Shown here piece after piece: positions 1-12,827 of a stretch of 64,000 nucleotides of DNA. Within the stretch, counting starts at the first letter, position 1. Every line of letters begins with the position of its first letter. Origin of the DNA: Octopus vulgaris (taxonomy: Eukaryota); contig OX597826.1 in the NCBI GenBank assembly GCA_951406725.2, forward strand, positions 75,144,001 to 75,208,000, written 5' to 3'. A model generated the notes under the pieces. It was given only the letters and a program-made list of their open reading frames with translations. It made no database searches and was not told the origin of the DNA. Position numbers and translations under genes: made by a program.

Positions 1-1299
1 AAAACAGTGTTGAACATGAGTGAGTTCTATAAAAGAGCTTTCTAAATGTGTATCTAGACAATATAATGGCAGAATCCCTTGAGTCTTTAGAAGTTGATCA
101 TCTTTTGTTTTGCCAAATTAATAGGTGTTAGGAAACAGGTTTGTTGGAAAGGCTGCAAAACAAGGAGTTCTTTTGTAAAATTGATGGAGAATGAAGTAAT
201 TTGGTCATATAACATGATATCAGGGTACCCAACCTCTGGAGAATATGGACATCCATGGAGAAATCCTCGATAAAAGAGGTCTATGAAGACCATGAAGAAG
301 ATGGTGAAAAGTCATGGGACTGGTCAATGAGTTGAAAAGATGAAGGGAGGAAGTTGTACCTCTTGGGGGTCCTCTGTAAGTCTACCTTAAGGGTCTGGAT
401 TTTCAAGGATTGATTAGAGAGGTATCTGATCTGTAGTGTATAAGGAAATGGAAGTGGACTGGTTTAAATGTGATGCATTTGGAAGATAATGTCGAATAAA
501 GAGATTATATATAATCCCAAAAAAGAAACAACCTGGGGAAGATGAAGACTTGGGACGAAATGGTGGATGCTTATCTTAGGAGGTTGAAACCTCATGAAGG
601 ACATGACAGGGAAGAGCAACAAGGAATTTGATGATGTGTTGGAGAAAATCCCTTGAAAGCCATGCAAGTGCGGAATGAAGGTGACAATGACGACGGCAAC
701 TGTGATGATGACAAAAGTGATGACAAAGATGACAGCAATAATGGGGACAATAACAACAGTGGCAATGATGAAGACGATGATGGTGATGTATGTATGTATG
801 TATGTATTTATGTATGTGTGTGTGTATTTATGTATGTATGTATGTATGTATGCATGTGTGTGTGTATTTATGTATGCATGTGTGTCTGTGTTTATGGCTA
901 AAACCTTGTAATGTGTCTTTCCTGTCTGGAAACTTATTTGTTCAAACAAAAAGAGATTGATAAAATAAATATTGGGGTCGATATGATGGACGAAAGCCCT
1001 TTGAAGGTGGGACTTTGGCATGGCACCAGTCCAATGACTAAAACCAGCCAAAGAACAAAAGAAGACAGGATACATTGTGCTAACAAATAAATTATGCAAA
1101 GAGTAGAACAATACCAAATATCCAAAAATATGTTTCACAATACAAAGGAATCAGATGCTACGTTGCAACCTATTGTCATATTTCTGCACACTGCACATTG
1201 TGCAGTGACATAGCAGCGCCAAATCAAATTTCAGTATTTGAGGCTCCAGGGATAAACTGACAAGCATATGTAGTTGATGTGTGTGTGTATGTGTATATA

Positions 1300-1836
1300 C
1301 ACGGGTGAGTCAAAAGTAATGCCATTTTGTTTAGGACAGGTATAATTACCAACACAGGAACATGTATGATACATCAAAATGAAGCTGGTCCTCTGTGGAT
1401 CACATCCCTACTTCTCAACATAGTCACCGTTTCTCTCAATAGCAATGTTCCACCTTCGAATGAGAGCATGTATCCCTGCCCTGTAAAATTCTGTTGACTG
1501 TTCTTTGAGCCACTTCTTTGCTACAAAGTCAAAGAGACAACACCTTCTTTCGAAGGCTCGTAACAGGTGATGAAACATGGGTTCATCATTATGAACTGGA
1601 ATCAAAGAGGCAGTCAATGGAATGGCACCACTACCGAAAAAGTTGATGCAAAAGTCAGCTGGAACAATCATGGCGACTGTCTTTTGGGATGCTCAAGGTG
1701 TTATTCTGGTTGATTTCTTACCGAAAAGAAAAACAATAAACTCATAATAAGCTTCATTTTGATGTATGATATATGTTCCTATGTTGGTAATCATACCTGT
1801 CCTAAACAAAATGGCATTACTTTTTGACTCACCCTC

Positions 1837-1837
<1 letters not shown>
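1300..1837. mobile_element. Rearranged non-autonomous mariner with ~87-bp inverted termini
   Basis: TA-flanked; IR 1300-1386 and 1750-1837; transposase C-terminus on minus (KKWLKEQSTEFYRAGIHALIRRW...GDYVEK) and DDE segment on plus (TGDETWVHHYE...MATVFWD). Confidence 0.85.
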
Positions 1838-1876
<39 letters not shown>

Positions 1877-1949
1877 TGGCTGTCATCTCATGACTGAGAA
1901 AAACTATTGCTGACCTTCAGGAACATTGTACTGTCTAGGACTAACTTAT

Positions 1950-2190
1950 ATTTTCCATTTGCAGCTCTGTTGGTGGCTAATGAGCCCTGCTCTTGACAAG
2001 CATACATGACTGCAAACATTGCAGGCCAAGCTTTTCTCATTCACTGCACTAGCAGTGCACGTTCAAGCAGCACACTTAAATTCTTCAAGAAGATTACGTG
2101 CTTTTTCAAAGGTGTCAACCCCATCCTTAACCAGGTCCCTCCATCTGTGGCCATGACAGGCATTGCTCTCTCAGTTGGTCTCCTGCATAT
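1950..2190 (-). mobile_element. RTE-like LINE ORF2 C-terminal fragment (different family)
   Basis: [16 protein letters not shown]...CNVCSHVCLSRAGLISHQQSC (terminal Cys/His motif), with stops. Confidence 0.7.
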
Positions 2191-2201
2191 CACATATATA
2201 T

Positions 2202-2305
<104 letters not shown>

Positions 2306-2339
2306 CACACACACAATATGCGTGTGTGTGAGTGTGCAT

Positions 2340-2515
2340 ATATATATGATAGACTTCTTTCAGCTTCTGTCTATCAGATCCACTTACAAGACTTTGATTG
2401 GCTCAAGGCTGTATTTGAAATCCCTTACCCCTTACCCAAAGTGCCATGCAGCGGGACTGAACTCAGAGCCAAGATGTTGGGAAGCAAACTCTTACCACAC
2501 AACCATGCCTGCACC
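2340..2515 (-). mobile_element. SINE family A 5' half, diverged
   Basis: Reverse complement match to 2615-2765. Confidence 0.75.
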
Positions 2516-2517
2516 TT

Positions 2518-2614
<97 letters not shown>

Positions 2615-2616
<2 letters not shown>

Positions 2617-2985
2617 CGCAGGAGTGGCTGTGTGGTAAGTAGCTTGCTAACCAACCACATGGTTCCGGGTTCAGTCCCACTGTGTGACATCTTGGGCAAA
2701 TGTCTTGCCGACCAATGCCTTGTGAGTGGATTTGGTAGACGGAAACTGAAAGAAGCCTGTCGTATATATGTATATATATGTATGTGTGTGTGTTTGTGTG
2801 TCTTTGTCTGTCCTGGTGTGTTTGCGTCCCCGTCACTTATCGGTTCGGCAAAAGAGACCTATAGAATAAGTACTGGGCTTACAAAGAATAAGTCCCGGGG
2901 GCGATTTGCTCGACTGAAGGCGGTGCTCCAGCATGGCCGCAGTCAAATGACTGAAACAAGTAAAAGAGTAAAAGAGTAAAAGAGT
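2615..2985 (+). mobile_element. tRNA-derived SINE family A, near full length
   Basis: GGCGCAGGAGTGGCTGTGTGG A-box, GGTTCAGTCCC B-box, internal TA/TG microsatellite, tail GGCGGTGCTCCAGCATGGCC...(AGTAAAAG)n. Confidence 0.9.
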
Positions 2986-3274
2986 ATATATATATATCAT
3001 ACAAGCAACAAGGACTAAAAACTCCTTAAGAAAATGCAAAATTGCAATATTTTCACCAATTTCAATGTCATGATTAGCAAAATGTGAAACCGGTAGACTA
3101 TCATAATATTCTATCCTTTAAAATATATTAGAATATATGAATTGTGTGCATTTTCCTTCTTTTGTTTTCTATATATATATACAAAACAAAAGAATGTATA
3201 TGAGTGTGTACAATTGGGTGCATGTGTATATGTATGTGTGCATTGTTATTGTATGTAGGTATCTATTTCTATGC

Positions 3275-3313
<39 letters not shown>

Positions 3314-3490
3314 AGTGATAGTGTGGATGCATGCATGTGTGTCTGTGGATGCATGAATGTATATGTATGGATGCATGTTTTGTTACAAAACAAAGATACA
3401 TGTATGTGTGTGTTTGTGTCTTTGCGTGAATATGGAGAGGTACATGCGAGCGAATGTGTATGCAAATGTGCATGTGTGTGTGTGTGCGTG

Positions 3491-3528
<38 letters not shown>

Positions 3529-3685
3529 TGTAGATGACTCGATCACTAGTTTCATAACCCGATGAAGCTTGTTGCTGATAAATGTGTTTCGTATCAATTG
3601 ATGACATTACGTTATTGAATCCATATTACATAAACTGTGATAAGGATTCACCTGGATTTCTATCTAGTTAGTGAGACACCTCTTT

Positions 3686-3735
<50 letters not shown>

Positions 3736-4056
3736 TCTTGCTCCCCCATCTATCCATCTAACTATTTATCTATCTATATAACTAGCTTACTAACTAACTA
3801 TCTGTCTAATAAGCTGGTTAACACACTACCTCTTTCTCTCTCTCTCTGTTGTTCTCTTCTCCTCTCTCTCTCTCTCACTATACACACGCACACACTCACA
3901 CACACACACTCACAGACACACACACACACACACAAGTGAGCAGAGGTGCAAAACAAAATGGAGAAAATAATACTCGAATTGTAAAAGAAGAGGAAAATAT
4001 ATTCTATTGAAACTGAGAAAAGTTCACAAACTTTCACACTGTGTTTCAATAAAATT

Positions 4057-4108
<52 letters not shown>

Positions 4109-4570
4109 TATATATATATATATATATAAGAATTTTTTCCATAATGAGATAAAAAAGCCAAGGCTGTTTCTAGGATATTTATTAATTATATCCCTTCATC
4201 GGAGACGGTGTGAGAGGATGGTTAAGTAATAGTTAGTTTAGATGTGATACAAAATAGAGAGTGAGGTGGAGGAAAGAAAATAGATTTAAGACATGTATGG
4301 GTGTTGAAGTTGTAAATTCATTTTATAGGCATAATGGTATATATGCAATATTTCAATATCCTTTGAGTAAACACTACACTTGATTTTCTCCCCTCCATAC
4401 ACACACAAGCATGTTCACTTTCCAGACATTTCTACATTACTGCATGTACTTTATATGCACTTCCTGACAAGTTGTGGTGCACCTGAGCACTGTATACAAT
4501 AATTTCATTATTATTATTATTATTATTAAAGTCCAAAAGTCCAACAGAGTTTAAAATGAATCCTTCCAAA

Positions 4571-4643
4571 TGTAGAGTTTATAAGCAATGTAAGATTCCC
4601 TTATGAGTGAGATGAGAATCTTACATTGCTTATAAACTCTACA
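4571..4643. repeat. Perfect 28-bp inverted repeat with 17-nt spacer
   Basis: TGTAGAGTTTATAAGCAATGTAAGATTC / GAATCTTACATTGCTTATAAACTCTACA. Confidence 0.95.
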
Positions 4644-6599
4644 GTGGTGGTGGTGGTGGTGGTGGTGACGACGATGACAATGATGAGGATGATGATGATG
4701 ATGAATCTCCCTCTAACTATTTCTTTAACAGTAGTTAAGTAAAATCAAGTCTTTTAAATCCAAGAATATGAAGACGATGATACAAGTGGGAAGTATCAGC
4801 AATCTCGGCCCATCATAATCTCAAAGGTTTCTTACATTCAATGGCTCAGTTTCCTTAACAGTAAATAGGCATCATGAAGAGGTAAAGTTCACTGAAGGGG
4901 AACTGTTTGACTGGTGAGTTTTCTCTTAACTTCAATGACCAAATTCACGTTTCTCTACATAGAAAATCTTCACAACATAGACTAGCATCCTCTCCAGTGG
5001 GTGTAGTAACTCTCAAAAACTATGAACATTGAAAGCCTGGAACCAATTCTAGTATGCCACTTCAGCTGGTGGGAGAAAGAGAGAGCGGGAAATGTATATG
5101 TATAAACAAAGAATTTACCAAAGTCTGTTGTTATTCCAGGTGTCTTTTGCTTTTGTCACCAGTTGCTGCCAATCCGTTTTGGAATGGAGTTTATAGAACT
5201 GGCACGAAATAAGGATGTAATATGAGAGCTTTTATCTTTGCCTGGATCAATACTTCAAAGTGTGTGTATGTGCATGTGTGTATGTGTGTGTGTATGTATG
5301 TGTGTGTGTATGTATGTATACATTATGTATGTGTGTGAGTGTATATGTGTTTCTGAATGTATGTATGTTTGTGTGTGTGCATGTGTGTGTGAATGTATGA
5401 ATGCATGTATGTGTGTATGTGTGTGTATGTATGTATGTGTATGTATGTATGTATGTATGTATGTGTGTATGTATGTGTGTACGTAGAGGATTCTCCCATT
5501 GGCTTCAGTGTATAAAGGTCCAACATCCAACATTACAGCTGTTAGACTATCCCCACAAAGGATTTGTTTTCAAGGATGAAGGCTTGTGATGCAAGAGGCT
5601 GGGTGTTAGACAGCTGCATTATGGTCCTTGGTATACATGTATATCATCATCATCATCATCATCATTGTCATCATCATCATCATTGTCACCATCATCGTCA
5701 TCATTTCAAGTCCTCTTTTCCATGCTTACATGGGTCAGACAGAATTTGTAGATGCAGATTTATTTTCTACCCCTGCACGCATGTCCTTCCTGTCACCAAC
5801 TCTTACCTGTTTCCAAGCTGAGGAAGATTTTTCCATGGCCAGAAATCTTTCCCATGGAACACTGGAAACAAACAGTGTCGCTTGTATGACAGTGATGCTC
5901 ATTTACAACCAACACATGATGTTTAGACAAGGGTGCACACAAACACACATCGACATCATATCATACATGCATACATGCACACACAGACACACACATATAT
6001 ATATATGTACATACATACAAAAACACATACATATATGCATACATATACATACACATATATACATACATACCCATATAGATATCAATCAATTATTGCATAT
6101 ATATATCTTTACTAATGTATGTCGAAATTATACATAGATATATACAAGATTCACACAGATATAAGAGTTAGAACTTGTGATCCACCCACGGACCCTTTTG
6201 GAGAAATTTTTTGCCTGCTGCACTAAAAAGTTTCCCCACCCTTCCTATAATAGGAGTTACCCTCACAGTTTTCCTTTTGTTGTAAAAGAAAACACATGGA
6301 TTTGAAATGGATACATGTACAAGGATACACATGGAGTTCTAATTACTGGTTATGGGTCATGGAATTTAAATCTAAATCACACAACGCAGATATGTGTGGG
6401 GGGGAGGTGCATGTTTGGGTGAGAAGAATCGTATGAATTGTGCAAAAGAGATTATATTGATAGGAGCATCAGGTTATACATGATGGATGATGCTGTGTGA
6501 AGAGAGAGCTGAGTATAAGACTTCATTATTGAATACACACACACACGCACACACACACACGCACACACACACACACACATACATATATATATATATGTA

Positions 6600-6812
6600 T
6601 TCAAAATGTGACCGCGTGTGTACCGTTGGCGATTTTTTTTCCTCTGTCTTCCCTTCTCTGGATCTTTCCTTCTCCTATGTTTCTGACGAAGAGCTCCGCT
6701 CGAAACGTTAAACCCCCTTCTTTCCTTCTTTCCTGAGTGTCCAATAATACTATATTTATTCCATGTCCTCGCGTTGTTGTATTTTTTTTGTGCTTTCATG
6801 TTTGGATTAACT
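6600..6812 (+). mobile_element. ~215-bp hammerhead-bearing short repeat (family D), copy 1
   Basis: Near-identical to 36552-36769 and the reverse complement of 20325-20529; HHR GTTT-CTGACGA-A-GAGCTCCGCTC-GAAAC-GTT-AAAC at 6679-6713; flanked by (TA)n. Confidence 0.8.
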
Positions 6813-6831
6813 ACATATATATATATATTAA

Positions 6832-7051
6832 TCTTTTACTCTTTTACTTGTTTCAGTCATTTGACTGCGGCCATGCTGGAGCACCGCCTTTAGTCAAGCA
6901 ATTCGACCCCGGGACTTATTCTTTGTAAGCCCAGTACTTATTCTATCGGTCTCTTTTGCTGAACCGCTAAGTGACGGGGACGTAAACACACCAGCATCGG
7001 TTGTCAAGCAATGCTAGGGAGTCAAACACAGACACACAAACACATACACGC

Positions 7052-7082
<31 letters not shown>

Positions 7083-7245
7083 TACGACAGGCTTCTTTCA
7101 GTTTCCGTCTACCAAATCCACTCACAAGGCATTGGTCGGCTCAGGGCTATAGCAAAAGACACTTGCCCAAGGTGCCACGCAGTGGGACTGAACCCGGAAC
7201 CATGTGGTTGGTAAACAAGCTACTTACCGCATAGCCACTCCTGTG

Positions 7246-7247
<2 letters not shown>
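6832..7247 (-). mobile_element. SINE family A full length
   Basis: Reverse complement of the family A head-to-tail sequence. Confidence 0.9.
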
Positions 7248-7327
<80 letters not shown>

Positions 7328-7339
7328 GTATACAGGCAC

Positions 7340-8162
7340 AGTCTGACGATGGGTTAGCTGGCCAAAACTTCAAAGTCACTATCAATAATATTCTTGTTTA
7401 AGAGTTTAAGAATAATAAATTTGTATTCAGGGTCCTTAGTGCAGGTTAGAACCCCTCCCCTCCAACTTTCTTTGGCAAAATTTTTGATAAAATCTTCAAC
7501 TTCCCCTCCCTTGTGGAATAAGACTAAAAATTCCTCCTCCACATGGGTAGAGGCCACAGTTTCCACTGTTGGTGGCACAATTCCCACCGACGGGGTTTCG
7601 GGACATGCCCCATTTTTCTTTTTCTTTTTTTTCTCTTTTACCACGGGAGGGTGGAGTTCTTCCATTTTGTCCTGAAGAATTTTCCTTCCCTCCCACAGCC
7701 TTAGGATCCCTCACTGGGCAACCATTGTTACCCACCTTCTTCCTTTTTCGACCCTTTTTTCGAGGGGGCTTCCACCTCCTCGACCGTCTTCATCACTTCC
7801 TCTGAATGAGGAGGCAGGGGCCTTCTTCCACCAACTGCTCCAAGACCCTACTCTGATCCTGGGGACAGTTCTTTTTTATATGGCGTGGTTCCAGGTACAG
7901 GTGACACTTGGTGAAGGGGGGAATCCCTCAAGTATCACTGGATACCTATTACCAGCCATAGTCAAAAAATCTGGGAGGACCAGATTTCATGCGGCTGATT
8001 GGGTCCTCAGGGTCAAAACAGCTTTTGGCCCAACACAATCAGCCGCTGGCAACATTTTTCACATTTAGCAGCTTGGATCTTCTGCCACCCAGACCCTGGC
8101 GGATAATATCTTCTATCCACTTGGGTTCCATTCCAGGTGGCAACCTACAGATCCATGCTCTC

Positions 8163-8165
<3 letters not shown>
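7340..8165 (-). pseudogene. Decayed L1/Tx1-like ORF1 (gag-like) fragment
   Basis: GC-richer island; minus strand gives [16 protein letters not shown], a degenerate zinc knuckle KCHLYLEPRHIKKNCP and basic tracts; stops present. Confidence 0.4.
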
Positions 8166-8580
<415 letters not shown>

Positions 8581-8583
8581 TAT

Positions 8584-8676
<93 letters not shown>

Positions 8677-8826
8677 CAATTTTATTTGTTAGGGAATAAA
8701 AATTCCGGCATAACAGAGGTTCAAATTATTCTCAATGAGGAAATATATATTTTCATTTATAGATAGTAGGCCCCTTCATCTCACCATGTAAAAGAATTAT
8801 GTATGTATATATGTATGTATATATAC

Positions 8827-8874
<48 letters not shown>

Positions 8875-9407
8875 GCATATATACATATATACATATATAT
8901 TTGTATGCATGTATGTATGTCCGTATGTATGTATGCATGTATGTATGTATATATGTATGTATGCATGTATGTATGTATATATGTATGTATGCATGTATGA
9001 ATATATATATGTATGCATGTATGTATGTATGTGCTCATATACGTACATACATATACATCACCAGCAACAACAGAAGACCATGAACAAGGTAAGATAAGCC
9101 CCTTCTCAGAAGGATTTTCAATCATTTTCGCTTCAGATCTGGAATCTAAGAATGCGAAGAAAGATTTTTATCAGAATCCATAATGGACAGATGCTATCAA
9201 CAAAGAATACTCTGCCATCCTGTGTAATAAAAACTTCCAGAATCAACTTTGAAACTTTCACCAAAGATATGGGAAAAACTGCATCATAGGAAGGCACCGG
9301 GAAAGGATCTCATAATTGTGTACTGGCACCAAGATGTAACAATATATCTATTTACCTTCCTGCATTTGTAATCAGCTATCTGCTTGCTCATTTTATATAT
9401 TTTGGCA

Positions 9408-9469
<62 letters not shown>

Positions 9470-9489
9470 ATATATATATATATATATAT

Positions 9490-9612
<123 letters not shown>

Positions 9613-9668
9613 TAGATATATATATATAAAATAAGAAAATGGAGGAATAGATTTCTATCAATCCACTT

Positions 9669-9710
<42 letters not shown>

Positions 9711-9959
9711 ATTAAGGGTATCTAAGAGATACCAACCATGCTAGATATAGCAACCAAAACTTGACTCTAAAAGCACATTAAATGTTTATACAGCACCAGG
9801 AGAGAGATATGTATTGATAAATTTATATATTTATGTATATGTATATATATATAAATATATATATTGATAAAAACGGTAAGATAACAAAAGAAAGAAAGAG
9901 ACCTTGATACTATGTAAATAGAGATATTTATCTGTAAATATATATATATATATAGATAT

Positions 9960-10002
<43 letters not shown>

Positions 10003-10499
10003 TAGATTCACAGACACACACACACATACACTCACACACATACACACACACACATACAGATATATACACATATACACATGCATATATAACTTGTTTATCG
10101 GTATGTCTGTGCGCCTGCCTCTCTGTCTGTGTGTCTTTTTCTCTCTCTCTCTCCTACCATTGTACCATTCCAGTGTATATATCAACACAAAACCTCACAA
10201 CAATAAATTACACCAACAAAGAATGAAGGAGGGAAGTAAAAAGAAAGTAAAAAAAAACAAAACAATCAAATCTAATGGGAGTGCTCCAGCATGACCGTAA
10301 CTAACTGACAGGAACCAGTAGAAGAGAGTAAAAGACTACAATTAGTAAAAGTACTCGAGTACTTGGTAGTTAGAGGACCATACGAATGCAAAGAGGGAGA
10401 GAGAGAGATCTTCACACTTGTACACACACGTGTGTGTATACGTGGGAGTGCATGTGTGTGAGCGTATGTGCACGTCTGTATGTGTGTGAGAGTGTGTGT

Positions 10500-10526
10500 G
10501 TGTATAGCCAATTAATTGTGTGTGTG

Positions 10527-10567
<41 letters not shown>

Positions 10568-10778
10568 CTGTGTGCGTGGGTGGGTGTTTGTGTGTGTTTG
10601 TGTGTGTGCATGTGTGTGTGCGTGTGTGTGTGTGTGTGTGAGTGTGTGTGTGAGTGCGTGGGTGTGTGTGCATGGGTATGTTTGTGTGTGTGTGTGTGTG
10701 CATGTGTGTGCGTGTGTGCGCGTTTGTGTGTGTGTGTTTGTGAGTGTGTGTGTGTGTGTGCGTGTGTGTGTTTTTGCA

Positions 10779-10870
<92 letters not shown>
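10500..10870. repeat. (TG)n microsatellite
   Basis: Directly visible; representative of dozens of TA, TG, TATG and AGAT tracts. Confidence 0.95.
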
Positions 10871-11361
10871 AGATACCAATTTGTAAGCCAGTCAAATCTG
10901 GCCTTGATCTACAAGAATGCTTCATCTATCCATTAGGATTAGCTTTGGGATTTTGGCATTTTCCAAAGTGTTTCATCAACAGACATTAAACGCCTCCTTC
11001 CACCACCACCACCACCGCCACCACCACCACCGCCACCACCACCACCGCCACCACCACCACCGCCACCACCACCACCGCCACCACCACCACCACCACCACT
11101 ATATATCTAAATCTAAATCTTCTATAAACATGTGTGTGATTGTTTGTGTGGTCTTCAGTTTTATGCATGTGTGTATGTGTGTGTGGGCGTGTGTAGATGT
11201 GTGTATAGATACAGTTATGCTTTTGTTTATACACACAAATATTGTGAACACATACAAATACTGTTGTTTGTTTATATAAATATATGCATCTATACAACTT
11301 GAAAACAAAACACTGCATATAGATAGATAGATTGAGATAGATAGATAATGTACATAAATAA

Positions 11362-11452
<91 letters not shown>

Positions 11453-11467
11453 TGTATGTATGTATCA

Positions 11468-12030
11468 TATCATCATCATCATTTAACGTACATTTTCCAT
11501 GGGTTGGACGGTTCGACCGGGGTCTGGTAAGCCATGGAGGCTGCACCAGCCTCTAGTCTGATCTGGCAGTGTTTCTACAGCTGGATGCCCTTCCTAACGC
11601 CAACCACTCCGTGAGCGTAGTGGGTGTTTTTTACGTGCCACCGGCACAGGAGCCAGAGCAGGCTGGCAAACGGCCACAATCAGTTGGCGCTTTTACGTGT
11701 CACCGACTCGGACACCAGTCAGACGACGCTAGTAACTACCATGCTCGAACGGTGCTTTTTACGTGTCACCGGCACGGGTGTCTTAACTACAATTTCCATT
11801 TGAACTTTTTGGTGTTGACAAACTTGACTCAACAGGTCTCCTCAAGAACAGTGGGTCACCCTACGATCCAAGGTTAGCACAGCAGGCCGTCCTGCAAGCC
11901 ATGAACTCACTTCATTTGTCGAGTCTTCAAAGTCACAGCATATCTCCAGAGGTCTCGGTCTTTCGTCATAGCCTCTGTGAGGCTCAAAGTATGAAGGTCA
12001 TGCTTGACCACCTCGTCCCATGTCTTCCTT
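11468..12030 (-). mobile_element. RTE LINE 3' end, same family
   Basis: Same 3'UTR and KTWDEVVKHDL. Shorter copies: 20556-20725(-), 26127-26220(-), 42270-42450(+), 53922-54105(+); older copies at 440-660, 5643-5940, 52010-52430. Confidence 0.85.
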
Positions 12031-12044
12031 TATATATATATAAA

Positions 12045-12286
12045 TAGCCTGAGAAATTTAGATGGAGTTGGGGGTAGAAGTTTTCAAGAAACATCTTGAC
12101 CTTCTACTGGCTGAGGTCCCAGAAGAATTTATATCACAGCCAGGAACTCAAAAGAGGGAAGTGGTATCAAACTCCCTCCTTCACCGAAAGTCAATAACAT
12201 GAGAATGGCCATTGAAAAAGTGATGGTACTGGTGGTGTCCCAGCACGGCCACAGCATTTGGTCTGAAACCTATAGAAGAATAAAAG
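12045..12286 (+). mobile_element. LINE 3' end (CR1/Jockey-group style) whose tail matches SINE family A
   Basis: LRNLDG..VEVFKKHLDLLLAEVP...SNSLLH, then GGTGGTGTCCCAGCACGGCCACAG...CTGAAAC...AATAAAAG. Confidence 0.6.
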
Positions 12287-12370
12287 TATATGTATATAAT
12301 TGCTTTGGGGAACTATGAATCTTGAAGCAGATAAAGCTATAAATAATAGCATGTTTTATTATGTATATAT

Positions 12371-12612
12371 TCTTTTATTCTTTTATTTGTTTCAGTCCTT
12401 TGACTGCGACCATGCTGGAGCACCGCCTTTAGTCGAGCAAATCGCCCCCAGGACTTATTCTTTGTAAGCCTAGTACTTATTCTATCGGTCTCTTTTGCCA
12501 AACCACTAAGTTACAGGTACATAAACACACCAGCATCGGTTGTCAACTGCTGTTGGGGAGACAAACACAGACACACAAACATATACACATACATACATAA
12601 ACACACACACGT

Positions 12613-12666
<54 letters not shown>

Positions 12667-12827
12667 GACGGGCTTCTTACAGTTTCTGTCTACCAAATCC
12701 ACTCACAAGGCTTTGGTCGGCCCGAAGCTATCATAGAAGACACTTGCCCAAGGTGCCATGCAGTGGGACTGAACCTGGAACCATGTGGTTGGTAAGCAAG
12801 CTACTTACCTCACAGCCACGCCTGTGC
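12371..12827 (-). mobile_element. SINE family A full length
   Basis: Head, internal (CA)n and tail all present. Confidence 0.9.

Noticed and set aside
7354-7665. 103-aa ORF as a host gene
   Set aside because: It lies in a stop- and frameshift-ridden tract with gag-like features and no splice context, so it is treated as a retroelement remnant.
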